Assembly: GCA_963804355.1 (NCBI GenBank)
Contig: CAWDQC010000018.1
Coordinates: forward strand, 71,281-135,280
Length of the DNA: 64,000 nucleotides
From: an uncultured Pseudomonadota bacterium
GTDB taxonomy: Bacteria; Desulfobacterota; Binatia; Binatales; Binataceae
Reading direction: 5' to 3'
Part shown: in pieces, positions 39,358-51,643 of the stretch
How positions within the stretch are numbered: position 1 is the stretch's first letter
How the letters are laid out: the number at the start of each line of letters is the position of its first letter
Made by a program: the position numbers and the translations under genes
The notes under the pieces: model-generated
Told to the model about the DNA's origin: nothing
Databases searched by the model: none
Seen by the model: the letters and a program-made list of their open reading frames with translations, nothing else

Positions 39358-41088
39358 ATGACGGTGGTGTATCGTTCGCCGAAATGGGTCGAAGCTGATA
39401 CCCAGCGCTGCCGAGCGCAAGCTAATCGAGGCGGCGGCCCACGGCGAAGCGGCGGACTATCGAACGCCGGAGACGATCGAGGATCCGCGCACTGGTAGTA
39501 GTTGGGGCGAGATTCGGACGATCCGCGCCGCGGTAATCAGGGCGTTGGTTTTGCGGATCGATGCCGAATGGCGGATCGCCGGCGGCAGACTAAGAATCGT
39601 GGGCGCGAGGATCACGGGTAGTCTCGATGCTCAGTCGGGGCCGAGCTGGTTCATGGGCTGGCGTTCGAGCGATGCCATTTCGATGAACCCGATCAAATTA
39701 TCCAGGCGGGAAGATCAGGCGCTCCATTTGTGCGGCAGCGACGTTGCCGGGATCGAAGCGCGCGAGATGGAATGCGGCGGAGACATTGCGCTCGATGGGA
39801 CGTTCAATGCGCGCGGCCCGATCGTCCTCGTGGGTGCGCGGATTGACGGCGACTCTTATGCGGCGGCAGCACCTTCACCAGATACGATTGATGCTCGCGG
39901 GATCGAAGTTGGCGGCAGTGTCAGCCTGAGCGACGGATCAGGGTCGAGGCGCGCGATAATAATTAGCGGCGCGCGAATCGGCGGCGATCTCGTGTATCGG
40001 CGGGACATTTCAGAACGCGGCGCGACGGCGTTGAACGCGGATGATGCCGAGGTGAAACGTCACGTGTTGTTAGGCAACGGGTTCATGGCGCGCGGCGAGG
40101 TAAGTATCAGGCGCGCGAGTATCGGCGGCATGATCTACGGCACTCACGGAGTAATCGAGAACCGGCGGTACGGCATTGGCCGCCGAAGGGATCCTGATTC
40201 GCGGTCACGTCGTGTTGAACAACGGCTTCAAGGCGGCGGGTAAGTAATCTGGCCGGCGCGGAAATCGGTGGGGCGCTCTACTGCACGTCACGGCGCGTTC
40301 ACGAATCCCGACGGCGTCGCTTTCTGGCCGCGCGCCGAAGATACGGAATCATGTCTTTATGGGTGAATGGTTTGCGCGAAGGGCAGCCGTGCGCCTCCGA
40401 CGCCGCCGTCGTCGCCGGCGATTTCGATTGCGTCGGCGGGATCTTCGAGAATCCAAAGGGCGATGCGATCTTCGCGGAGCCGCCTGAGCGTCGCGGCAGC
40501 GTCCGGATGCATACGCGATTTCTCGCGCAGGGTCGGTGTCTCTAGGCAAAGCGACGATCGGCGGATCGATACTCTGTAGCGGCGGCACGTTTGAGAATAC
40601 GGCGGGGTCGCGCTGTGCCTCGAGGAAGCCTCGATTGTGCGCGGCGCGATCATGAGCGGAGGGTTTCACAGCGCGGGCGAGGTGCGGGTAACGGCGCCAA
40701 GATCGGCACCGACCTCTGCTGCACCGACGCCAGCTTCGAAAATCCCGGAGGTCGGGCGCTGAGCGGCAGGTCGGTCGAGGTGGGCGGCGACGTTTTGCCG
40801 GGGGACGGATTTTCCGCGAAGGGTGAAGTCGAGCTGAGCGACGCGAAGATTGGCGCGAATCTCGATTGCGAGGCCGGCAACTTCGAGAATCCAAGCGGCG
40901 ACGCGTTATCGGCCGCGGGCGTGACGGTAGGCGCGAATGTGCTGATGGGTGGGCGATTTCGAACGGAGGGAAAAATCCGACTGACGATGCGAAGATCGAT
41001 GGAACGACTGGAATGTGCAAGAGAGCCGGCGCAAGGGGGTATCCTGATCGAAGACGCGCAGATCGCCGGTGGTATCCGCAGACGATAG
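39358..41088 (+). pseudogene. Beta-solenoid repeat protein of the so-called membrane-associated oxidoreductase type, heavily frameshifted
   Basis: N-terminus AERKLIEAAAHGE..WGEIRTIRAAVIRAL..GARITGSLD; repeated ~40-aa units GF.A.GEV.L..A.IG..L.C..G.FENP.G.AL; gene versus pseudogene cannot be resolved. Confidence 0.6.
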
Positions 41089-41120
41089 AACGGTAGCGGT
41101 CGACGCTATCCGCAGGAGTT

Positions 41121-41157
41121 GAAAAGGGTACGCCGCTGTCAGCGACGCGCCCCTTTC
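41121..41157. terminator. Probable bidirectional terminator
   Basis: GAAAAGGG...CGCT-GTC-AGCG...CCCTTTC imperfect hairpin between convergent genes. Confidence 0.5.
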
Positions 41158-41158
41158 A

Positions 41159-41710
41159 TTACTTTTCGCCGGTCAACGCTAAGGCTTCCAGCCCCACCTG
41201 GAGAGCGTTGAGGTTGCGCGCCATCATGTTCCAGAACGCGGTGGCCGCCGTGAGTTCGAGTATATTCGGGCGGCCGATGAGTTTTTCGACCTGGCCGAAG
41301 AGGTTGTCGTCGACGCGAGCCTTCATGGTCAATTCATCGGCGTAGCGAAGGACCAATTTGTCGTTGTCGGTGAAAAGCGAGCTGGAAGCGTAGGAGCCGA
41401 TCGCATCGATTTGTGCGCGCGAGAGCCCGCATTTCTCGGCGATCTCGATATGACGAACGAAGCCGTACTCGCAGTCGAGACGCTTCATCAGGATCAGCAC
41501 TGCGAGCTCGCGCAGGCGCGGGTCGAGGGCGGATTTGGTCATGAAGTAGTTGGCCAGCGGGAAGACACGGCTGGCGAGGCCGGGGCTGTTCGCGAGCGCC
41601 TTGACCACGTTGGGGACGCCGTTGACGCGGAATTGTTCCTCGAAAGTGTCGTAGAGTTTTTTGATTTCGCCGGTAGCGGCTTCTTTTTCGACGTAAGGAA
41701 TTCTTGGCAT
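41159..41710 (-). CDS. Carboxymuconolactone decarboxylase/AhpD-like protein
   Basis: PNVVKALANSP, LDPRLRELAVL, CEYGFVRH, LRYADELT. Confidence 0.82.
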   Translation of the reverse strand: MPRIPYVEKEAATGEIKKLYDTFEEQFRVNGVPNVVKALANSPGLASRVFPLANYFMTKSALDPRLRELAVLILMKRLDCEYGFVRHIEIAEKCGLSRAQIDAIGSYASSSLFTDNDKLVLRYADELTMKARVDDNLFGQVEKLIGRPNILELTAATAFWNMMARNLNALQVGLEALALTGEK

Positions 41711-41881
41711 GATCGACCTCGTTATGATCAGGATGATACAGCACTCGCTCGGAGAGATACGGTCGCCGAGCGGTTCTCACAACCGTTGAGATGACTACCG
41801 TCAGATAGTCTGGCTCATACCGCACTTGTGCGAATTTTGATAGAGCAGAGCCAACTAATATCGGGCTAAACGAGGTGGACT

Positions 41882-42720
41882 ATGAAATACGGCGTCGCGA
41901 TTTTCCCGACTGACTATGCGATTCGTCCCGACGAGCTGGCGCGAGCGACCGAGGAGCGCGGTTTCGATTCGATCTTTTTCCCGGAGCATACGCATATTCC
42001 GGCGTCGCGTCGTACCCGTTTCCGCTCGGCGGCGAACTGCCGCGCGAGTATTCGCATACGATAGACCCGTTTGTCGCAATGACGATGGCGGCGGCGGCGA
42101 CAAAAACGTTGAAACTGGCGACAGGGATCTGCCTGGTGATCGAACGCGATCCGATCCTTCTGGCTAAAGAAGTCGCGAGCGTGGATCTCGTATCGAAGGG
42201 TCGAGTGATCTTTGGTATCGGCGGCGGGTGGAACGCGGAGGAGATGGAAAGTCACGGGACGGCGTTCAAATCGCGCTGGAAGGTTCTGCGCGAACGCATG
42301 GAAGCGATGAAGGAATTGTGGACGAAGGACGAGGCGAGCTATCACGGAGAGTTCGTCAAATTCGACCGCCTGTGGTGCTGGCCCAAGCCGGTGCAGAAGC
42401 CGTATCCGCCGATTTTGCTCGGCAGTCACGGGCCACGCGGACTGCAACGCGTCGTGAGGTATTGCGATGGATGGCTGCCCAACGCGGGGCGAGCGAGCGA
42501 TCTGATCCTGCAGATCGGAGAATTGCGGAAGTGCGCCGAGCAGGCCGGTCGCGATCCCAAGACTATTTCGATCACGGCCTTCGCCGCACCCGCGGAACGC
42601 AAAACTATCGACCAGTACGAGGGCGTTGGAGTCGAACGCTCGGTGTTCTTTCTGCCGCCTGCAAACGCCGACACGGTGATGCCGATTCTCGACCAATACG
42701 CCAAGCTGATCGGCGCGTGA
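41882..42720 (+). CDS. LLM-class F420-dependent oxidoreductase (Rv2161c-like), frameshift near 42020
   Basis: GFDSIFFPEHTHIP, DPFV, LATGICLVIERDP, GGGWNAEEM, PKPVQKPYPP. Confidence 0.9.
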
Positions 42721-42779
42721 TAGGGTGAAAGATTCCGAATATCTCGAAATTCTCGATTAAAAGGTTAAACGCAGCACCA

Positions 42780-45700
42780 ATGGTCCCGAAGAGTGTTCTG
42801 GTCGCCAACCGCGGTGAAATCGCGATTCGCGTTATGCGCGCGGCCGCCGAGATGGGTCTGCGAACGGTCGCAGTTTTTTCCGAGGACGATGCGAATTCGC
42901 TTCACACGCGAAAGGCCGATGAGGTGCGAGCGCTGAAGGGCTCGGGTGCCGCGGCTTATCTCGATGGTGAACAAATTGTAGCGTTGGCGAAAGCGGCGCA
43001 TTGCGACGCGATCCATCCGGGATACGGCTTTCTCAGCGAGAATGCCGCTTTTGCCCGACGTTGCCGCGAAGAAGGACTCACCTTCATCGGCCCGCGTCCG
43101 GAAGTGCTGGAGCTTTTCGGTGACAAGCTCGAAGCTCGTTCGCTCGCCGCGCGTTGCGGAGTTCCGGTGCTGGCTGGAACCACGGGCGCTACCAGCCTGG
43201 AGCGTGCGCGCGAGTTCTTGTCGTCCCTCGGGCCGGGCGGGTCGATCATGATCAAGGCGGTCGCCGGAGGCGGCGGTCGTGGTATTCGAGAAGTCAAAAA
43301 TCTCGACGAGATCGAGGAAGCTTACAAGCGATGCCAGTCGGAGGCGCGATCGGCGTTCGGAAATGGCGGCGTATACGCGGAGCAACTGATGCCGCGTGCC
43401 CGGCATATCGAGGTGCAAATCGCGGGCGACCGCTCGGGTGCCGTATGCCATCTGTGGGAACGCGAGTGCAGTATCCAGCGGCGGCATCAGAAACTCGTCG
43501 AGATTGCGCCCAGTCCCACGCTGTCAACTGGTGTGCGCGAACGCCTGGTCACCGCGGCGGTGCGGATGGCCGAGGCGGCGCGTTACGACGATCTGGGGAC
43601 GGTCGAGTTTTTAGTTGACGCGACGGCCACGGGCGATCAAGCGAGGTTCGCATTTATCGAGGCGAACCCGCGATTGCAGGTCGAGCATACGGTTACCGAA
43701 GAAGTGACGGGCATCGACCTGGTCAAACTGCAATTCCAGTTAGCCGGCGGCCAATTGCTTAGTGAAATCGGATTGAAGCAGGCTGACGTTCCGAAGCCGC
43801 GCGGCAGTTGCGATGCAGCTGCGGATCAATATGGAGACGATCGGCGCGGACGGATTGATCAAACCTTCGGGCGGTGTGCTGGGCGCGTTCGAGACGCCTT
43901 CCGGGCCGGGTATACGAGTCGACTCGTATGGCTATACTGGCTATGCGACCAATCCGCGCTTCGATTCGCTAGTCGCGAAACTGATAGTTCATTCGACGTC
44001 GACTGATTTCGCGGCGCTGGTTGCGAAGGCGTATCGCGCACTTTGCGAATTCAGAATCGATGGAGTTTCGACCAACCTCGGATTTTTGCAGACACTATTG
44101 AGGCATCCCGACTTCGCCGCGCAGAAAATCTACACGCGATTTCTGGATGACCATGCGTCGGAGCTAGCCGGAGGTCGCGAAACTCATCGGCGCTTTTTCT
44201 TTGAACCCACGACGGCGGCCGCTCCGCGTCTTGCCGGCGCTCGTATCGATGCGGTCGATCCACTCGCGGTGCTCGATTTCGGAAAAGCGGAAAGCAACGG
44301 CCAGTCGTTACAAGTCGCAGCACCAGTTGCGGCGGGCGCACCATTGCAGGCGATCGATATCGCAACGCCCGACGGCACTGTCGCGGTTAAGGCGCCGATC
44401 CAAGGCACTATCGTTTCCATCGACGTGCGCGCGGGAGATGCGGTCCACCTGGGCCAGCAACTCTTCGTGATGGAAGCGATGAAAATGGAGCACGTGATCA
44501 AGGCGCTCAATAGCGGCGTCGTCCAGCAGATCACCGTAGCGGAGCGCGACGCGGTTTTTGAAGGACACCCGATCGCTTTCATTGCGGAGTCGGAAGTTCA
44601 AATCGTCGAGAGCGCCGAACGCAAAGTAACTGGACCTCGATCATATAAGGCCGGACCTGGCTGAAGTCGTGGAGCGGCACGCGGTCGGACTCGATCCCGC
44701 GCGTCCCGACGCCGTCGCGCGTCGACGGAAAACCAGTCAGCGTACAGCGCGCGAGAACGTCGATGACCTGTGCGATCCCGGCACCTTTGTTGAATACGGG
44801 CCGATGGTAATAGCGGCACAAAGACGGCGGCGTCCGGTCGAGGAGCTAATCGCGCGGACTCCCGCAGATGGAATGATCGCTGGAATCGGGCAAGTCAACG
44901 GCGACTTGTTCGGCGATACGAAGAGCCAATGCATCGTAATGTCATATGACTATACGGTCCTGGCCGGTACGCAAGGTCAGCAAAACCATCGCAAGAAAGA
45001 TCGCATGTTCGAACTCGCCGACAGGATACGCCTGCCGATCATTTTCTTTACCGAGGGCGGCGGCGGACGTCCGGGCGATACCGATGGGCTCGGCAATTCC
45101 GGACTCGATGTTCCGGCATTTCATTTTTTCGGCAAGCTGAGCGGACTGGTGCCGCTAGTCGGAATCAATTCGGGAAGATGCTTTGCGGGCAACGCCGCGC
45201 TGCTCGGATGCTGCGACATCGTGATCGCTACCGCGAATTCGAATATCGGGATGGGCGGGCCGGCGATGATCGAAGGTGGCGGGCTGGGCATTTTCCGTCC
45301 CGAAGAAGTTGGTCCGATGGAAGTACAGGTACGTAACGGTGTCGTCGATATCCCGGTGGCTGACGAGGCCGAGGCAGTACGAGTAGCAAAGAAGTACATT
45401 TCGTATTTCCAGGGAGCGTCGATCGATGGGACTGCGCTGACCAGCGGCTTTTGCGCGGGATTATTCCCGAGAACCGACTGCGTATTTATGACGTTCGCCA
45501 GGTGATCGAGACACTGGCGGATAGTGGATCGGTGCTGGAGATTCGTCGCGGTTTCGGCCTTGGGATGGTGACCGCACTAATCAGAATCGAGGGTCGGCCG
45601 CTGGGACTGATCGCAAACAACCCGGTGCATTTGGCGGGCGCGATCGATAGCGATGGCGCGGATAAAGCGGCGCGTTTCATACAATTGTGCGACGCATACG

Positions 45701-46200
45701 ATATCCCGCTACTCTTCCTGTGCGATACGCCCGGTATCATGGTCGGTCCGGAGGTTGAAAAAACGGCGCTGGTGCGGCACGCGTCGCGGATGTTCGTGAA
45801 TGGCGCCAACGTTACCGTACCTTTCTTCACGATCATTCTGCGCAAGGGATATGGGTTGGGCGCGCAGGCGATGGCAGGCGGAAGCTTCAAAGCTCCCCAT
45901 TTCACGGTTTCATGGCCGACCGGCGAATTCGGAGGCATGGGACTCGAAGGTGCCGTAAAGCTCGGATATCGCAACGATTTGGCCGCACTGGAAGATCCTG
46001 CCGCCCGCAAGAAGCTTTTCGATGAGATGGTCGCGAGGATGTATCAGCATGGGAAGGCGCTCAACAGCGCTACTCACTTCGAGATTGATGATGTTATCGA
46101 TCCGACCGACTCGCGAAAATGGATTTCGGCCGGGTTGCGAGCGGCGCCCGCGCCTGGTCCACGCATTCATAAGAAGAGCCGATGCATCGATACATGGTGA
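42780..46200 (+). CDS. Single-chain acyl-CoA carboxylase (BC-BCCP-CT fusion), three frameshifts
   Basis: BC: ANRGEIA, HPGYGFLSEN, RECSIQRRHQK, RLQVEHTVTE; BCCP: EAMKM; CT: DYTVLAGTQG, EGGGGRPGD, DTPGIMVG. Confidence 0.9.
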
Positions 46201-46337
46201 GACGCCAGCCGAGTCAACGAGCAAGGGATGGCGGGTATTACTCACAAACCTCGCAGAGACGTTAGGCGAGTAGTAAACGAAAGATCCGCCGGGCCGTTTT
46301 CGATCTGACCCGGCGGCGCATTGACCAGACCGTCGTC

Positions 46338-47242
46338 TCAACGCTGATGGTAGAGCGGATGACCGGTGAAGTTGGTACGAACACAACTCATGTGATCGCC
46401 TTCGAGGTTGGCGAAGAAGAGATCATGCAATCCCGGCCCACCAAACGCGCAGTTCGTCGGGAAATCTAGTTTCTCTCCTTTGTATCGTCGACGAGCATAC
46501 TCCACTTGCCGCTGCTGTCGATTTGGATGATTTGATTGGCCGGCTCGAATTTACCGTCTTTGACCAGGCCAGGCAGAGTCACAAAAAGGTTGCCGTCGAC
46601 GTCAAATGCCATACCATCGGGGATGGCAGGGAATCCTTTCGAATATATTTCGGGCTTGCCGAACGACCCGTCCTTCTTTATGGCGATTCTCAGACAGTCA
46701 TAGCGGGTCGACTCGAGTACGTAGACCGCTTCCTCTTTCGGATCTATCGCCGTGCCGTTCGCCAGGTAGATATCGGTCGCGACAATGTCGCCTTTGCCGT
46801 CGGGACGAATGCGAACGAGCGCACCCTTCGGCGAAGGATTTGCTAGCTCAGGCATTACAGCGTTGATATCGCTAGTGCTCGAGTTCGAGACATAGAGATT
46901 GCCTTCCGCATCGTAGCTGGCAAAGTTGGGCAAAGTGAGGGCAAGCGAGCCGACACGATCGGCGACCATAGAGACCTGGCCACCTTGCGTCACGCGCATC
47001 ACCGCTTTCTTGCCGAGATCGCAATAGATAATATTTCCCTGTCGGTCCAGCGTTATACCGTTGGGAATCGAACCGGCGGGCAGATTAGTCAATTCGCTGA
47101 CTTTGCCGTCCGGAGTAACCTTATACATTATCCCGTTGCGTCCGCCGCCGTAGACATTGTTATCCTTATCGACTACAACACCTTCAGCCTTGAGTACGCC
47201 GCGTCCGAAAATCTGGACTTTATCAGTTGACAGAGTTGCCAT
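46338..47242 (-). CDS. SMP-30/gluconolactonase/LRE family protein, C-terminal frameshift near 46470
   Basis: AEGVVVD, PNGITLD, ANGTAID, PDGMAFD; continuation FPTNCAFGGP...HPLYHQR*. Confidence 0.88.
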
Positions 47243-47301
47243 TGCCTTTTCTCCTTTATTCGAATTCTTGGTTTACGGATTGGACATTTCGATGACAGTG
47301 C

Positions 47302-48177
47302 TCAGACACGTCGTCCTCGCTCAATCACGGGCGCATAACGTTTAACGAGATCGAGCGCCGCCCCGTCTGCCATCGCAATGCCTAACTTCTGCGAAAACAG
47401 CATTACACGACTAGCGCCAGCTTCTTTGTAGGCACGGAGATCTTCGACCGATGGTCCATCTTCTTGCGGATCCACTATCGCCGTTATGTGGAGACTGTCT
47501 GGATTTCTGCCATTGCTCGTGGTGAGCGTTTTGAGAGTCGCAACATCACGTTTGAAGGTTTCAGCGTTTAGCACAAGGGGCATCCAGCCGTCATAGCTGC
47601 GAGCGACGCGCTCAAGAGCCTTGGGGCCGTGCGCTCCGAGTAGAATAGGCGGATAAGGCTTCTGTAATGGCTTAGGCTCGCACCGGACGGGCGCGAATCG
47701 CACAAGGTCGCCATTGTAGCTCGGCTCCGGTTCGGTCCACGCGACGCGCATCGCTTCGGCAGTCTCGCGCAGACGCTTCCAACGATTACCGAAGTTCGCA
47801 CCCATCGCTTCGGTTTCTTCTCGCAGCCATCCCGCACCCACACCCAGGACGACCCGCCCGCCAGAATAAAGGTCCAGAGTGGCGACGGTCTTGGCGGTGA
47901 TGAGCGGTTCGCGCTCGGGAAGCAAACAGATACCGGTGCCGAGTCTGATACGCTTGGTTGCGGTGGCCGCGATCGTCAGAGCGATGAAGGGATCTACCCA
48001 GCGGCCATAATGTTCAGGCAATTTTCCGCCGCCAGGAACGGCTGTCTTGAATCCGATCGGAATAACAGGATGCTCCGGAATCCAGAGCGATTCGTATCCC
48101 GCAGTCTCGGCAGTACGAGCGATTTCGGCGATATCACCGGTTCGTGCAGTTGTGGCAACAAGTATACCTATATCCAT
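47302..48177 (-). CDS. LLM-class F420-dependent oxidoreductase (Rv2161c-like)
   Basis: GYESLWIPEH, DPFIAL, LGTGICLLPEREP, GAGWLREE, PKPLQKPYPP. Confidence 0.9.
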   Translation of the reverse strand: MDIGILVATTARTGDIAEIARTAETAGYESLWIPEHPVIPIGFKTAVPGGGKLPEHYGRWVDPFIALTIAATATKRIRLGTGICLLPEREPLITAKTVATLDLYSGGRVVLGVGAGWLREETEAMGANFGNRWKRLRETAEAMRVAWTEPEPSYNGDLVRFAPVRCEPKPLQKPYPPILLGAHGPKALERVARSYDGWMPLVLNAETFKRDVATLKTLTTSNGRNPDSLHITAIVDPQEDGPSVEDLRAYKEAGASRVMLFSQKLGIAMADGAALDLVKRYAPVIERGRRV

Positions 48178-48372
48178 ACGTTTCTCCTCTCGAGCTCTCG
48201 CACGCGTAGTTCAAGGAAAATCCGACTTGTGAGCATAGCCTGAAGAATGGACCGAGAGGTAACGCACAGACCGAACGACCTAAAAGCGCACTTGCTCGAG
48301 CGAGTCCAAGATGCGTCAATGAATATGCGTCGTTTCGCGGCGCAAACGTTGCGGCCAACGATGGAGTGAATC

Positions 48373-49612
48373 ATGTCCAAGATTCCATTACCGGGTACGC
48401 CCGGAAACCGCCGTGCTGACGCAGGGATTCGATCCGCAACTGTCGGTGGGATCAGCGCGGCCTCCCGTCTACCGCAGTTCGACTTATGTATTTCCGAGCC
48501 CCGAGGAAGCGGAACGCGCCTTCGATATCGCTCTTGGAAGAGCCGAAGAATTCGAAGGCAAAAAGCCCGATCTCATATATGCGCGGCTCAGCCATCCGAA
48601 CGCCGAGATTGCAGAGGACCACTTGGTGCCGCTTGAGCGCGGTGCGAACGCTGCAGCGGTATTCAACTCGGGACTAGCGGCGATCTCGACGGTAATCACC
48701 GCGTTTCTCGAGCGCGGTGGATCGATGCTGTACACGCAGCCTTTGTATGGCGGAACCCAGCATTTGATTCATCGTATCGTCGAGCCACTGGGTTTCGTAA
48801 CCAAGGGTGTGCCGGCGGGAGACGTTAAGGCTCTCGCCCAAGCGGCTGCGCATATGGACAATTTGCAACTTGTACTGATAGAGACTCCGGCGAATCCGAC
48901 CCTGACGATGAGCGACATCGCGCAAGCAGCGACAGTCGTAAGAAGCCATAAAAACCGCCCGCTCCTTGCCGTCGACAATACCCTGCTCGGACCGACCTTT
49001 CAGCATCCACTTGCACTCGGCGCGGATATGGCCCTCTATTCCGCCACTAAATTCCTCGGTGGCTTTAGTGATCTGCTTGCTGGAGTAGTAATTGCAGAAG
49101 ACGCCAATTTGATTCAAAGATTGCGCGGTGTGCGCGCGTTGCTCGGCAACATTCTGCAAGCAGACGAGTGTTGGATGCTGGATTCGCGCCTATCGACGGT
49201 CGCACTAAGAATGAACCGTCAGAGCAAGAATGCGCAGCGCATCGCGGAACATCTGGTGAACCATCCGCGAATCAAGAAGATACACTACCCCTCGCTCTTC
49301 ACCGAACTCGAGCAGATACGAATCCGAGACACTCAGACTGACTATCCGGGGTCGCTTATCTCGCTTGAGGTCGACGGTGGAAAGAAAGGCGCGTTCAATT
49401 TCCTGCGGCGTCTGACTATCGGGCGCAACGCCGTGAGTCTGGGCGGAGTCGAAACATTGGTCTGTCACCCGATGACGACGACTCATAGTGAGCTTTCGGA
49501 CGAGGAGCTAGCGGACGCGGGAATTAACCAGGCGCTCGTACGGATTTCAGTCGGTACCGAGCATTGGCGCGACTTGCTGAACGACTTTACGCATGCTCTT
49601 GAAGCAGCATAA
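48373..49612 (+). CDS. Cystathionine gamma-synthase/methionine gamma-lyase family PLP enzyme, N-terminal indel
   Basis: YARLSHPN, FNSGLAAI, LYGGT, ETPANPT, VDNT, SATK (PLP Lys), AVSLGGVETL. Confidence 0.9.
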
Positions 49613-49624
49613 GAGCAAAGCCGG

Positions 49625-51640
49625 CTATTTCATCTGAGGCTCTTCCGGCGAGAGAAGGAAGTCTCTCATACCCGAGTAGCGCATTTCCTTGCGCGCAATC
49701 GAATTGGCTAGAATCTGAGGGTCTCCGAGAATCACGACGGAATTGCGTGCACGGCTGACCGCAGTGTAGACCAATTCGCGCGTTAGGATCGGCAAGTCCT
49801 TGTCCGGCAGCACGATAGCAACCGATTCAAATTCTGAACCTTGCGCTTTGTGGACCGTAGTCGCATAGGAAAGCTCGAGAATGTCGCGGAGGGTGGCGAG
49901 ATGAAAGGTAACATATTCGTTATTTCGTCTAAATACTGCCTTGAGTATCTCTCGTCCGTTTTGTGCCTGAACGGCTACAATAATCCCCTGATCGCCGTTA
50001 AAAAGCAGCCGCTCGTAGTCGTTGCGGACGACCATTATCGGTTCACCTGGTAGATAGCCCCAACGTTCGCGAGCGCGACCAACATCTCGTATCGTGCGCA
50101 GGTGTAAAGCCGCATTGAGGGCCTTCGTGCCGGTGAGCAGACCTCGTGTGGCGCAGAGGATGCGCGACATTGAGGCTCGAACGAATATATTCTGTAGCTC
50201 GATTTTGGAAGCATCCTCGAGATCGCCGATGCCAGTCTCCCTCAAAGGCTTGATCTGATGTGACTTTATTTGTTCGACATACCAACGATCCAAGAATTCG
50301 TCGAGTTGCTCCCCATCGACAATAAATTCGATCCCTTCGAACTGTAAAGATTCGGGCGCTTTGCGCTGGGTAATCGAGAGTGAACCACCGACAGCACCAT
50401 CGAATACACCGTCATTTATTTTGGTCGAGAAGTCCAAGATGTCTTTTCCGCCCTTCCCGGCGGCAGTCCGGAAATTGTGAGTAAGCCGACTGCAAGTATG
50501 CGGAAAACGCTCCTCGCCGGCCTTAACAAGATCTCGAAAGACAGCTCCCGCAGTGACGGATGGGAGCTGATATGAATCACCGAGCATAATCAGTTTCGTG
50601 TCTTGGCGCAGACTCGTTACCAACCGTTCGGTGAGCATCAGGTCGAGCATCGAGCACTCGTCGACGACAACGACAGCTGCGGTAAGTGGATTCCGGCAAT
50701 GATGAGAGAATGATTGACGCGATGGAGAATAACCGAGTAGACGATGGATCGTTCTCGCCTCAGGCAACTCCGCCGCCAATACTTCATCGGCGGATGCAGA
50801 CATCCGAATATTCCTGAATCCGTGCCGGAGGCTCTCTCCCATTCGAAAGGCGGCTTTTCCAGTAGGAGCGGCGAGCTCGATTTCGCTCGGTTTGACACCG
50901 AGTCGTACAAGGACGCGGAGGATCGCGAGAATGATAGAAGTCTTGCCCGTTCCCGGACCTCCTGAGATCAAGGCGACGCCCGATTGCGTTGCGTTGATGA
51001 TGACCGAACGTTGCTCTTCCGAAATAGCCATTTCGCGGCCGTCAAACGTGCTCGGCCGGGCGTCTACGTCGGCAAGCGCTTCTCTAATGCGCGTCTGAAT
51101 ATCAGCGACGCGCCGCGCCGCGAATCGCGGCCGAATCGATTCCGCTAGCCGAGACTCTGTCGCAAACACTTTCTGATGGTAGACAAAGGGCGGAATGTAT
51201 AGTAGCGGTTTGTACTCATCGCCATGGCGTCCAATTACTGTTTCAGCGGCTCCCGACGCGAGAAGGTCGTCGATTCGATTCGCGATAGCCACGACGTTAT
51301 CGTCACTAGACTGATCGCCGCATAGTGGCTCTAAGATTCGCCTCATCGAGTCGATCGATTCTTCGCCGGTAACCGGCAGTCGGGTACTGCCTTCTTCCAA
51401 CGCAACCATCGATGCTACTATGAGCATGATCAGAGCCACGCGGCTTTCCAACGCAAGACTGCTCTCAAAGGCTGCAACCTCAGCGGCAATATGCACAACG
51501 GAGGCATCAAGGTTGAAGGTCTCCGCGCCGATTTCGATCTGTCGTAGCTTGTGGTGCAACTCGTTTTGTTCTGAAGACACCGGTCCAGAATGGCTCTCAA
51601 AGACCGAAGAGAGTTTGAGATGGGCAAGGGTCGAAACCAT
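49625..51640 (-). CDS. recD: Exodeoxyribonuclease V alpha subunit
   Basis: GGPGTGKT, APTGKAA, TIHRLLG, VDECSM, GDSYQLPSV, TVHKAQGSE, YTAVSRAR. Confidence 0.95.
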   Translation of the reverse strand: MVSTLAHLKLSSVFESHSGPVSSEQNELHHKLRQIEIGAETFNLDASVVHIAAEVAAFESSLALESRVALIMLIVASMVALEEGSTRLPVTGEESIDSMRRILEPLCGDQSSDDNVVAIANRIDDLLASGAAETVIGRHGDEYKPLLYIPPFVYHQKVFATESRLAESIRPRFAARRVADIQTRIREALADVDARPSTFDGREMAISEEQRSVIINATQSGVALISGGPGTGKTSIILAILRVLVRLGVKPSEIELAAPTGKAAFRMGESLRHGFRNIRMSASADEVLAAELPEARTIHRLLGYSPSRQSFSHHCRNPLTAAVVVVDECSMLDLMLTERLVTSLRQDTKLIMLGDSYQLPSVTAGAVFRDLVKAGEERFPHTCSRLTHNFRTAAGKGGKDILDFSTKINDGVFDGAVGGSLSITQRKAPESLQFEGIEFIVDGEQLDEFLDRWYVEQIKSHQIKPLRETGIGDLEDASKIELQNIFVRASMSRILCATRGLLTGTKALNAALHLRTIRDVGRARERWGYLPGEPIMVVRNDYERLLFNGDQGIIVAVQAQNGREILKAVFRRNNEYVTFHLATLRDILELSYATTVHKAQGSEFESVAIVLPDKDLPILTRELVYTAVSRARNSVVILGDPQILANSIARKEMRYSGMRDFLLSPEEPQMK

Positions 51641-51643
51641 GAT

